Origin: Gammaproteobacteria bacterium | GTDB taxonomy: Bacteria > Pseudomonadota > Gammaproteobacteria > Chromatiales > Chromatiaceae | Assembly (NCBI GenBank): GCA_025458675.1 | Contig: JALORY010000001.1 | Location: 11,565 to 75,564, forward strand | DNA length: 64,000 nt | Direction: 5' to 3' | Shown: positions 39,715 to 47,597 of the stretch, piece after piece | Layout of the letters: each line of letters starts with the position of its first letter | How positions within the stretch are numbered: the stretch's first letter is position 1 | The notes under the pieces: model-generated | The model's database searches: none | The model's input: the letters and a program-made list of their open reading frames with translations, nothing else | What the model was told of the DNA's origin: nothing | Program-made: the position numbers and the translations under genes

Positions 39715-40397
39715 CGCTGGTCGTCGGCGTGCTGCTCCTCACGCTGCTCGGCGCGTTCCTGTACTGGCGGTACGTCTGGTTCTTCCGCAATCCGCCACGC
39801 ACGCCGCCGGTGGCGGAAGGGATCCTGAGCCCCGCCGACGGCACGGTGGTGTACGTCAGGCGGGTGGCCCCGGGCGAGCAGGTCGTGGTGATCAAGGAGG
39901 GGCTCGCGGCGACCGTCGGGGACATCCTGAAGGCGGACGAGCACGAGCCGAAGATCGTGATCGGCATCTTCATGAGCCCGTTCGACGTCCACTACAACCG
40001 GGCGCCGCTGCCGGGGACGATCAGCATGATCCGGCACTACCCGGCGGAGGGCGAAAACCTCTACATGGGCACGATGCACCTGCGCATCCTGCTCGACTGG
40101 CCGCCCCTGTACGCCGGCAGCGCGCACATCGTGCAGAACGAGCGCACCGTCACGCGCTTCGAGGGCGAATACCGCGGCGCGCCGCTGCCCGCCTACGTCG
40201 TGCAGATCGGCTCGCGCGGCGTGAACGGCATCGAGAGCCACTACGCGGTCGGCGACCCCGTGGCGCGCGGCGCCGTCTTCGGCATGATCCGCATCGGCTC
40301 GCAGGTGGACCTCGTCGTGCCGGCGCGGGAGGGCTTCTCGTTGAAGGTGGCGCCGGGCGACACGGTGCGCGCGGGGGAGACCATCCTCATCGAGTGA
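39696..40397 (+). CDS. Phosphatidylserine decarboxylase-related (pyruvoyl-type) membrane protein
   Basis: Inside ORF 38853..40397. MEASRLTLVVGVLLLTLLGAFLY (TM)...IGIFMSPFDVHYNRAPLPG...MIRIGSQVDL (GS self-cleavage-like motif). Overlaps the methyltransferase gene by 19 nt. Confidence 0.72.
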   Translation: MEASRLTLVVGVLLLTLLGAFLYWRYVWFFRNPPRTPPVAEGILSPADGTVVYVRRVAPGEQVVVIKEGLAATVGDILKADEHEPKIVIGIFMSPFDVHYNRAPLPGTISMIRHYPAEGENLYMGTMHLRILLDWPPLYAGSAHIVQNERTVTRFEGEYRGAPLPAYVVQIGSRGVNGIESHYAVGDPVARGAVFGMIRIGSQVDLVVPAREGFSLKVAPGDTVRAGETILIE

Positions 40398-40472
40398 CCG
40401 ACCACGACCGGCGCGCCTCGGCCGTGCGGCGCGGCGGCGTGGTCCCTTCGACCGCGAGTCGACCGGGGCCGG

Positions 40473-41600
40473 CTAACGCGCGACCGCCTCGCAGAGCGCG
40501 CGCTCGAACGCGGCGACCACGGCGTCCCAGCTGCGGGCCAGCATGCTGTCCCGCGCCGCGTCCCCCACGCGGCGGCGCCACCCGGCGCTGGCCGCGCCCA
40601 GCTGACGAACCGCCGCGACGTAGGCGCGGTCGTCCCCCGCAGGAACGCTCACGCCGTTGACGCCGTCGACGATCAGCTCGGCCGCCGCCGCGCTCCGGTA
40701 GGCGACGACCGGAAGGCCGCTGGCCATGGCCTCGGATACGACGTTTCCGTAGGTCTCGGTGAGACTCGGGAAGAGGAAGAGGTCCGCGCTGGCGTAGTGG
40801 GCCGCGAGGTCGGCGCCGCGGCGCCAGCCGGCGAAGTGCTGCGGCAGTGGCGCCGCGGCGAGCCGGGCGCGCGACGGCCCGTCACCGACCCACACGAGGC
40901 GCGCGGTCGGGGACCCCGCCCGGACCGCCTCGAAGCCGCGCGCCACCAGGTCGAGATTCTTCTCGGGGGCGAGGCGCCCGGCGTACAGGCACACGAGATC
41001 GGCGTCGCCCACACCCCAGGACCTGCGCAGCACGGCGGAACGTAGCGCGGGGTCGAAGAGGGCCGTGTCCACACCGCGGCCGACCACCCGCACCCCGGGG
41101 ACACCCTCCCCCGCCAGCTCGGCGGCGAGGGCCGCCGTGGGCACCAGCGTCGCCGCCGTCCGGCGGTGCAGCCCGCGCAGGTAGGCCGAGATGAGCGGGC
41201 GCAGCCAGCCGAGACCGTAGTGGGTGCTGTAGCGATCGAAGTTGGTGTGGAACCCCGAGGTGACGGGAATGCCGAGGGCGCAGGCGGCCCGTACGGCCGA
41301 CCAGCCGAGCGGCCCCTCGGTCACGACGTGGACGACGTCGGGCCGCTGCGTCCGCCAGCGGCGGCGGAGCCTTGCGCCGGCAGGCAGGCCGAAGCGCACC
41401 TCGGGATAGCCCGGCAGCGGCAGCCCCCGCACGGTGAAGTCGACGCCTGCGGCCTTCGCAGCATCCGGCCGCGGCCGCACGACGGTGACCCGGTGACCAC
41501 GCGCGCGCATGCCGTCGACGAGGCGCCCGACGGTCATGGCCACGCCGTTCAGCTCCGGCGGCGCGGTCTCGCTGACGATGTCGATCGTAAGCGTCGGCAC
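40473..41600 (-). CDS. Glycosyltransferase family 4 (GT-B)
   Basis: ORF 40473..41600 (GTG start). ...ELNGVAMTVGRL...; C-terminal FLFPSLTETYGNVVSEAMASGLPVV (EX7E region). Confidence 0.85.
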   Translation of the reverse strand: MPTLTIDIVSETAPPELNGVAMTVGRLVDGMRARGHRVTVVRPRPDAAKAAGVDFTVRGLPLPGYPEVRFGLPAGARLRRRWRTQRPDVVHVVTEGPLGWSAVRAACALGIPVTSGFHTNFDRYSTHYGLGWLRPLISAYLRGLHRRTAATLVPTAALAAELAGEGVPGVRVVGRGVDTALFDPALRSAVLRRSWGVGDADLVCLYAGRLAPEKNLDLVARGFEAVRAGSPTARLVWVGDGPSRARLAAAPLPQHFAGWRRGADLAAHYASADLFLFPSLTETYGNVVSEAMASGLPVVAYRSAAAAELIVDGVNGVSVPAGDDRAYVAAVRQLGAASAGWRRRVGDAARDSMLARSWDAVVAAFERALCEAVAR

Positions 41601-41603
41601 GGG

Positions 41604-42782
41604 TCAGGCGACGTCGGGCGTGGCCCGCTCCCGCGGCGCCTTGCGGCGCGGGCCCGCGAGGACCTGCCGGTAGCGTTCCGCCATCCGCCCCGCCATGGTG
41701 TCCTCCGACCAGGCCTGCGCGGTCTGCCGAGCCTGCGCGGCGAGGCGCGACGCCGCGTCCCGATCGGCGAGCAGCCGCCCCAGCGCCCGGCCGAACTCGC
41801 GCGGCGCGTCGGGCGGGACGATCGCACCGGCGGCACCCGCGAGGATGTCCACCGTCCCCATCGCGGCCAGTGCAACGACGGGAAGGCCCGCCGCCATGGC
41901 TTCCAGCAGGACGAGACCCTGGGTCTCGGTGCGCGATGCGAACGCGAAGGCGTCGGCGGCGGCGTAGCAGTCGGGCAGCTCCGTGACGCGGTCCAGGTAG
42001 CCGAGGAAGCGCACGGCGTCGGGGATCCCGAGGTCGCTGGCGTGCCTCCTGAGGTCGTTCATGGCCGGCCCCTCGCCGGTGATCAGCAGCAGCGCGTCGG
42101 GGCACTCGCGCCGCGCGTGGCTCAGCGCCTCGAGCAGGAAGCCGATGTTCTTCTCGTGCGCGACGCGCCCCACGAACAGCGCGAGCGGCCGGTCGGGGGC
42201 GATGCCGCGCGCGGCGCGAAAGGTGGCCCCGTCGCCGCGCGCGTAGCGATCCAGCGGAATGCCGGTGGGCAGGACCTGCCGCGGTGTCGTCACACCGTAG
42301 GCCGCGAGCCGATCGGCCATCGCCGTCGACGGCACGATCACCTCGTCGACCGCGTTGCACTGGTGGCGGGAGAAACGCCGGGCGAGCCCGCGCAGCCACG
42401 CCACAGGGAGCAGCGGCACGTAGTGCTGGAGGTACTCCTCGAACAGCGTGTGGTAGGTCGTCATCACGGGCAGGCCGTGGTGCCGGGCGGCGGCGAGCCC
42501 GGCGTAGTGCGCGACGAACGGCGTCTGCACGTGCACGAGATCGCAGTCCGCCGCCGCCTCGCGCGCTGCCCGATGCATCGCCCGCCACGACGCGAGGCGG
42601 TCCTCCGGATCCTTGGGCAGCGCCCGGCCCGCCACGCGCACCACGCCGGGCTCGTCCGGCTCGTCGCCGTAGCGCGGTGCGACGAGGCGCACTTCGACGC
42701 CGTGTGCGGCGAGGGCGCGACGGAACGTCTCGATCGAGCTCGACACCCCGTTGACGCGCGGGAAGTAGACGTCCGACACCAT
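41604..42782 (-). CDS. Glycosyltransferase family 4 (GT-B), second copy
   Basis: ORF 41604..42890 trimmed to MVSDVYFPRVNGVSSS (ATG at 42782). An alternative GTG at 42797 overlaps the upstream stop. FAFASRTETQGLVLLEAMAAGLPVV. Confidence 0.85.
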   Translation of the reverse strand: MVSDVYFPRVNGVSSSIETFRRALAAHGVEVRLVAPRYGDEPDEPGVVRVAGRALPKDPEDRLASWRAMHRAAREAAADCDLVHVQTPFVAHYAGLAAARHHGLPVMTTYHTLFEEYLQHYVPLLPVAWLRGLARRFSRHQCNAVDEVIVPSTAMADRLAAYGVTTPRQVLPTGIPLDRYARGDGATFRAARGIAPDRPLALFVGRVAHEKNIGFLLEALSHARRECPDALLLITGEGPAMNDLRRHASDLGIPDAVRFLGYLDRVTELPDCYAAADAFAFASRTETQGLVLLEAMAAGLPVVALAAMGTVDILAGAAGAIVPPDAPREFGRALGRLLADRDAASRLAAQARQTAQAWSEDTMAGRMAERYRQVLAGPRRKAPRERATPDVA

Positions 42783-42793
42783 GAGCACGCGGG

Positions 42794-43612
42794 TCACGAC
42801 GCGCTCTTCCGGCCGGCGGCGTCCGCGCCGACCCCGTCGGGCGCAGGCGCGGCGACGTCGTCCTCGACTGCCCGCGGGCTGCCATGCCACGCGACCAGTT
42901 CGAGGCGGCCGTCGAGGTGCTCGACGATGGCGGAGCAGGAGTCCACCCAGTCGCCGCAGTTCGCGTAGAGCAGACCGTCGATCTCCCTGATCGCGGCCCA
43001 GTGGATGTGGCCGCAGACGATGCCGTCGAGACCGCGCTCCCGGGCGTGGCGCAGGGCCGAGTCCTCGAAGTCGAAGATGAACGTGAGCGCCGTCTTGACC
43101 TTGCGCTTCGCATAGCCCGCCAGCGACCAGTAGCCGGCGACGCCGAACGACCGGCGCGCCCAGGAGAGCACGACGTTGAGGCGAACCAGGAGGTCGTAGG
43201 CGACATCCCCCAGCACCGCGACCCAGCGGTAGTGGCGGGTGACCTGATCGAAGACGTCGCCGTGCGTGAGCAGCAGGCGGCGGCCATCGACGGTTTCGTG
43301 GACCGCCTCCGCGCGGACCTCGATGTCGCCGAACGAGACGTCGAGGTAGTCGCGCACGGCCTCGTCGTGGTTGCCGGGGATGAACACGATGCGTTCACCG
43401 TGGCGCGCGCGGCGCAGCAGCTTCTGCACCACCGTGTTCTGCGCAGCGGACCACCAGACCCCGCGTCGCATCGCCCAGAAGTCGACGATGTCGCCGATGA
43501 GGTAGATCTGCTCGGCCGGGTGCTCGCGCAGGAAGTCCAGCAGACGCTGCGCCTGGCACGCCCGCGTCCCGAGGTGGATGTCGGACAGGAAGAGGGTGCG
43601 GACCCGCGGCAC
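42794..43612 (-). CDS. LpxH-like metallophosphoesterase, PlcP-type candidate phospholipase C
   Basis: C-terminal 272 aa of ORF 42794..44443. VRTLFLSDIHLG...YLIGDIVD...IPGNHD...THGD...CGHIH. Sits in an operon with glycosyltransferases rather than lpx genes. Confidence 0.7.
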   Translation of the reverse strand: MPRVRTLFLSDIHLGTRACQAQRLLDFLREHPAEQIYLIGDIVDFWAMRRGVWWSAAQNTVVQKLLRRARHGERIVFIPGNHDEAVRDYLDVSFGDIEVRAEAVHETVDGRRLLLTHGDVFDQVTRHYRWVAVLGDVAYDLLVRLNVVLSWARRSFGVAGYWSLAGYAKRKVKTALTFIFDFEDSALRHARERGLDGIVCGHIHWAAIREIDGLLYANCGDWVDSCSAIVEHLDGRLELVAWHGSPRAVEDDVAAPAPDGVGADAAGRKSAS

Positions 43613-43623
43613 GCGGGCACCCG

Positions 43624-44397
43624 TCAGGCCGGTTCGCCGAGAAAGCGCTTCGCGTACCGGTCCGCGACCCGCGTCATGGGCATGAGGATCGGCAGGTCCG
43701 CGGTGTTGAAGTCCGGGTCCCACGCCGGCGCGCCGCAGATCCAGGCGCCGGCGCGCAGGTAGCCCTTGATGAGCGGCGGTGCCTCGACCTCGAGATCGCG
43801 GCGCAGCCCGGCGAGCGGCAGCGGGCAGTGGGGAAAGACGCGGTACTCGGCGGGCGACAGCCGGCTGCCCGGACCGGTGCTCAGGGCCGTGTAGAGGCTC
43901 GCCGCGCGGTGGCCACCGTCGGCCATGCTGACGGAGGCGCAACCCATGAGGTAGTCGTAGCCGTGGTCCTGCATGAAGCGGGCGAGCCCCGACCACAGCA
44001 GGGTGATGGTCACGCCCGTGCGGTGGTCCGGGTGCACGCAGGAGCGGCCGATCTCGACGAGCCGTGGCCGCAGGGCCTCGAGGCGGCTGAGGTCGAACTC
44101 GCTCTCCGAGTAGTAGCCGATCGCGCGGGCATTCTCGGGCGTGAGGATGCGGTAGGTGCCGACGACCTCGCCGTTCGCCTCGTCGCGCACGACGAGGTGC
44201 TGGCACAAGGGGTCGTAGGCATCGTGATCGACCCCCGGCACGTCCGTGGCGAGAGTCGCGCCCATCTCGCCGGCGAACACCCGGTAGCGCAGGCGCTGCG
44301 CCGCGCGGACGATGTCGGCGGACTCGGCGATGCCCACCGAGAGGCTCGGCCGGGCGGGACGATTGCGGCGCGGTGGGGCGGCGGTTGCCTGTTCCAT
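43624..44397 (-). CDS. GNAT-type N-acyltransferase, OlsB-like (N-acyl amino acid / ornithine lipid synthase family)
   Basis: ORF 43624..44415, where 44415 is GTG; an ATG at 44397 lies behind GGAAGGAA. AQRLRYRVFAGEMGA...HLVVRD...VVGTYRIL...SESEFDL...EIGRSCVHPDHR...APPLIKGYLRAGA. Confidence 0.75.
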   Translation of the reverse strand: MEQATAAPPRRNRPARPSLSVGIAESADIVRAAQRLRYRVFAGEMGATLATDVPGVDHDAYDPLCQHLVVRDEANGEVVGTYRILTPENARAIGYYSESEFDLSRLEALRPRLVEIGRSCVHPDHRTGVTITLLWSGLARFMQDHGYDYLMGCASVSMADGGHRAASLYTALSTGPGSRLSPAEYRVFPHCPLPLAGLRRDLEVEAPPLIKGYLRAGAWICGAPAWDPDFNTADLPILMPMTRVADRYAKRFLGEPA

Positions 44398-44516
44398 CGA
44401 TTCCTTCCGGTGCACGTGGCGGGACCGGGAGGAAAGTACGCAAGCGACGTTACAGGCGGGTTGCCGCCCTCTTACGCAGGCGTTGCAAGTGAGGCCCGAC
44501 GAGATGGCGGCCGCGG

Positions 44517-44545
44517 CAAAGAAAAACCCCGGCGGGGAGCCGGGG
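44517..44545 (-). terminator. Rho-independent terminator downstream of the small repeat protein gene
   Basis: The minus-strand RNA reads CCCCGGC-UCCCC-GCCGGGG followed by UUUUUCUUUG. Confidence 0.65.
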
Positions 44546-44590
44546 CAAGGGCAGGGATCTGGCAGACGGTCCGGGACCCGGAACCGCCGG

Positions 44591-44905
44591 TTAGAGACCC
44601 AGGTAATGATCGCGGCCGTAGCCGGCGAGGACCCGCTTCAGCTCATCGGGCGTCTCGGCGCGGTAGTCGCTGACCGGCGCGGCGACCGTCGCCGTGGTGG
44701 CCTCGCCGTAGTAGGCGTAGACGACGCTCGGGTCGGGGCAGCCCGCGAGCTGACTGGCGGCCGGTGCCGGCTCGCTCGCCTCCGTGGTGTAGGCACCGTA
44801 GTAGGGGTAGGCGACACAGACGTCGACGCAGCCCGCCGCCGCGACGGGCGCGGCGGCAGCGGCGAGGACGAGGGTCGCGGCGGAGAGGGTTGAAAGCTTG
44901 GTCAT
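44591..44905 (-). CDS. Small exported protein with an internal C...V(A/V)Y(P/A)YYG(A/E)..TT repeat
   Basis: ORF 44591..44917. An ATG at 44905 lies behind GGAG. MTKLSTLSAATLVLAAAAAPVAAAGC (signal peptide, possibly a lipobox). Two copies of a Cys...YxYYG motif. No family recognised. Confidence 0.55.
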   Translation of the reverse strand: MTKLSTLSAATLVLAAAAAPVAAAGCVDVCVAYPYYGAYTTEASEPAPAASQLAGCPDPSVVYAYYGEATTATVAAPVSDYRAETPDELKRVLAGYGRDHYLGL

Positions 44906-45026
44906 GATTCGCTCCATAACTCTATTTAAGTGTATGAGCGAATACTAATTAATAAATCACGCCCTGTCCACGAAAAGTTCGTTTCGCTTTGATTTCAAAG
45001 CAGAAACACAGGACGCTGCGGCGCCG

Positions 45027-46877
45027 TCAGGCGAGCTCCGACACGGCGAGGCGACGCAACATGGCCATCCGCTTGTCGAGGTGCTGATCCATCCGCGACA
45101 GGATTCCGCTCAGGAAGCGCACGGTTTCGACGATGTAGGGCCCCTTGTTGAGCATCGCGCACTCGGCCCGGCTGCTCATCACCGCGTCCGAGATCTCCGC
45201 CCGCGACGGCGCTCCTTTCTTCGCCATGCCCTCGAGGATCTGGGTCGCCCAGATCACCGGGACGTGCGCCGCCTCGCAGAGCCAGAGGATCTCCTCCTGG
45301 ACCTCCGACAGTCGCTCGAAGCCGACCTCCACGGCGAGGTCGCCCCGCGCCACCATGACCCCCACCGGAGGCGAGCGCAGGGCGGCGAGCAGAATCCGGG
45401 GCAGGTTTTCGAAGGCCTGGCGGTTCTCGATCTTGAGCACGACGCCGAGGCGCCCCGCGTCGAGCCGCCGCAGCTCGCGCTGGAGCGCGAGGATGTCCGC
45501 CGGCCCGCGCAGGAACGACAGCGCCACCATGTCGACGAAACCGACGACCTGCTCGAGGTCCGCGACGTCCTTCGGCGTGAGCGCGGAGGTCGCGAGATCG
45601 GTGTCGGGAAAGTTGATGCCCTTCTCCGCCCGCAGCCGCGCGCCGTGCGGCCCCGTGTGGGTGATGCGCACCCGGATGACCGCGCCGTCGTTTGCCGTGA
45701 CGATGCCGCCGATCTTCCCGTCGTCCAGCCACACGCTCTCCCCGGGCCGGACGGAGGTGAAGGCCGCGGCGAGCGTGCAGTGGATGCGGGCCGGTTCGAC
45801 GACCGCGCCGGCGGCGTCGCGCACCGCATCCCGCCCGGGCTCGTCCGCGCGCATCAGCAGCAGCTCGTCGTTGGGCAGCAGGCTGATCGGCGGCACGACC
45901 TCCGGAACCGGACCCACCGTGCCGGACGCCATCACGGTGCCGTCGCGCAGCAGCTCGACCACGGAATCGCCGCGCGCGTAAGTCACGCGTTCCGCCTCGG
46001 CGAGCAGCGAGGCGTCGTGCCGGGCGACGATCGCCAGGAAGCGCTCGCGCTCGCCGCCGTCCGTGAGGTGCAGCTCGTCCCCGGGGTGCGCCGCGTCGAG
46101 CACGGCGCCCGGGACGGGCAGCACCAGCCTCACGCCCGGCGGAGGCGGCGCCGGATTCTCGATCGGCGTCAGCCAGACCCGGGCCGGCGCCAAGAGGCGG
46201 CCGAGGTAGTCGCGCCGCGGCTGGATCTTGAGAACGCGGCCGGCGGCGCCGAGCCGGCCGGTGCGCAGCTTGGGCCCGGCGAGATCGGCCTGGACGCGGC
46301 AGCCGCGGCCCACCTCGCGTTCCGCCCGGCGCAGGTTGTCCACCATCGCCCGCCAGGCCGCCGCGTCGTCGTGCGCGCAGTTGATGCGCATGACGTCCAT
46401 GCCCGCCACCAGCAGCTTGCGGACCAGACCGGGATCCGTCGCCGCCTCGCTGGGCATGGTCACCATGATGCGCACGTGCCGGCCCTGCGGTGCCGGGCCG
46501 AGCAGCGTGCGCGCGTGCTCGCGCAGCAGCGTCGGGCCCGTGCGGAAGTCGACCGGAGAGCCGGCCGGGCGCTCGAGGTCCTGTCCCGTCAGGCGCGCCA
46601 GCACCTCGAGCACGGCGTCGAGACTCGCCAGCGTGTGCGCCTCGAGGATGCCGAGGGAGGACAGGCCGAGGCCGTGCAGCTCGCGCTGCAGGGCGCGTAT
46701 GTCGTGCTGCCGGAGCCCGAGGTAGTGCAGCAGATTGCGAGCGCTCGGCCGGTGCGCGGGCCCGACCTGCGCGAGCTCCGACGCGAACCGCTGCTCCAGG
46801 CGCACCGCGTCTTCCCTGAGCCGGACCAGCGCGGGCACCAGGGATTCGAAGTCGCTTACGGCGCTCGGCGGGCTCAT
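45027..46877 (-). CDS. Atypical pyruvate kinase-like protein (TIM barrel + enlarged B-like insert, N-terminal extension, no C-terminal regulatory domain)
   Basis: ORF 45027..46877. PK motifs: MDVMRINCAHD, DLAGPKLRTG, VMVARGDLAVEVG, ATQILEGM, PSRAEISD. Confidence 0.75.
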   Translation of the reverse strand: MSPPSAVSDFESLVPALVRLREDAVRLEQRFASELAQVGPAHRPSARNLLHYLGLRQHDIRALQRELHGLGLSSLGILEAHTLASLDAVLEVLARLTGQDLERPAGSPVDFRTGPTLLREHARTLLGPAPQGRHVRIMVTMPSEAATDPGLVRKLLVAGMDVMRINCAHDDAAAWRAMVDNLRRAEREVGRGCRVQADLAGPKLRTGRLGAAGRVLKIQPRRDYLGRLLAPARVWLTPIENPAPPPPGVRLVLPVPGAVLDAAHPGDELHLTDGGERERFLAIVARHDASLLAEAERVTYARGDSVVELLRDGTVMASGTVGPVPEVVPPISLLPNDELLLMRADEPGRDAVRDAAGAVVEPARIHCTLAAAFTSVRPGESVWLDDGKIGGIVTANDGAVIRVRITHTGPHGARLRAEKGINFPDTDLATSALTPKDVADLEQVVGFVDMVALSFLRGPADILALQRELRRLDAGRLGVVLKIENRQAFENLPRILLAALRSPPVGVMVARGDLAVEVGFERLSEVQEEILWLCEAAHVPVIWATQILEGMAKKGAPSRAEISDAVMSSRAECAMLNKGPYIVETVRFLSGILSRMDQHLDKRMAMLRRLAVSELA

Positions 46878-47008
46878 GTGGACGGTCGCGTCGGAGGGCG
46901 GCCGTCGAGGATAGCCGCGCGATGTTGCCGGACCGTGACGGCGCCGGGAGGCGCAAGGAGCGAAGGCCGCGGGCCTCGTGGCGCGCGGCCTTCGCTCGAC
47001 ACCCGGCC

Positions 47009-47593
47009 TCAGGCCAGGTCCGCAGTCAGCGCGTCGCGCACTGCCGGCTGCACCGGCTCCACCGCGTAGCGGTAGTTCTCGTGGTCGATACCGATGCTGA
47101 TCGCCGCACCGCCCTTCGCCGCCGCGACCATCGCCGGCGTCAGCTCGAAGCGGACGAAGTGCACCGACGAGGTCTTCTCGTCGTTCTCGCGCTCCAGGTC
47201 CTCGTCGGCGATCGCGTATGCCCGGTCGTGGCCACTCACCTGCACCCAGACCTTGTCCTCGATGCCGATCAGCCGGGCCAGCGCCACGCGCCGCTCCTCG
47301 ACGTCGGGAAACTCCACCATGAAGGTGGCCTTCCAGTTGCTTCCGTCGGGGATGAGCGGGTTGTACGCCGCCAGCTCGTCCTCGATCCCTGCCGCCTCGA
47401 ACACGCGCTCGATCCGGAGCATCTCCTGGATCTGGTACTGCACGGTGAGCGCGTCCTCGAAGTACAGCGTGGCGTTCGGACCCACCGGCACGTGGCGGTT
47501 CTTCTTGTGCGCCAGGACGCGGCGGCGGAACTCGGGCCGCGCCTCGGCGTACTGCTCGAGGCTGTAGAGGTCGTGGCGTGCAAGCTTGTTCAT
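47009..47593 (-). CDS. DUF3501 family protein
   Basis: ORF 47009..47608, ATG at 47593 (MNKLARHDLYSLEQY...). Lies 4 nt downstream of the Fe-S protein gene. This gene trio is a recurrent association as I recall it. Confidence 0.7.
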   Translation of the reverse strand: MNKLARHDLYSLEQYAEARPEFRRRVLAHKKNRHVPVGPNATLYFEDALTVQYQIQEMLRIERVFEAAGIEDELAAYNPLIPDGSNWKATFMVEFPDVEERRVALARLIGIEDKVWVQVSGHDRAYAIADEDLERENDEKTSSVHFVRFELTPAMVAAAKGGAAISIGIDHENYRYAVEPVQPAVRDALTADLA

Positions 47594-47597
47594 CGCG

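Noticed and set aside
40882-43620. A 912-aa minus-strand ORF and other long ORFs (41166..42968, 42884..43762) across the GT4/plcP region.
   Set aside because: Their composition is low-complexity Arg/Pro/Gly/Ala. The alternative frames encode recognisable GT4 and metallophosphoesterase motifs.
44438-44455. A Pho-box-like CTGTAAC-GTCG-CTTGCGT (minus strand) upstream of the olsB-like operon.
   Set aside because: The second half-site is poor, the spacer is GC-rich and no -10 hexamer follows at the expected distance. It is too weak to call without a PWM or experiment, and I mention it only as a lead.
44986-45001. The palindrome GCTTTGA-TT-TCAAAGC considered as an FNR/CRP site.
   Set aside because: The half-site spacing (TTGA-N2-TCAA) does not fit FNR (TTGAT-N4-ATCAA) or CRP (TGTGA-N6-TCACA). 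It may instead be a short hairpin downstream of the pyk-like gene or the site of an unknown regulator.
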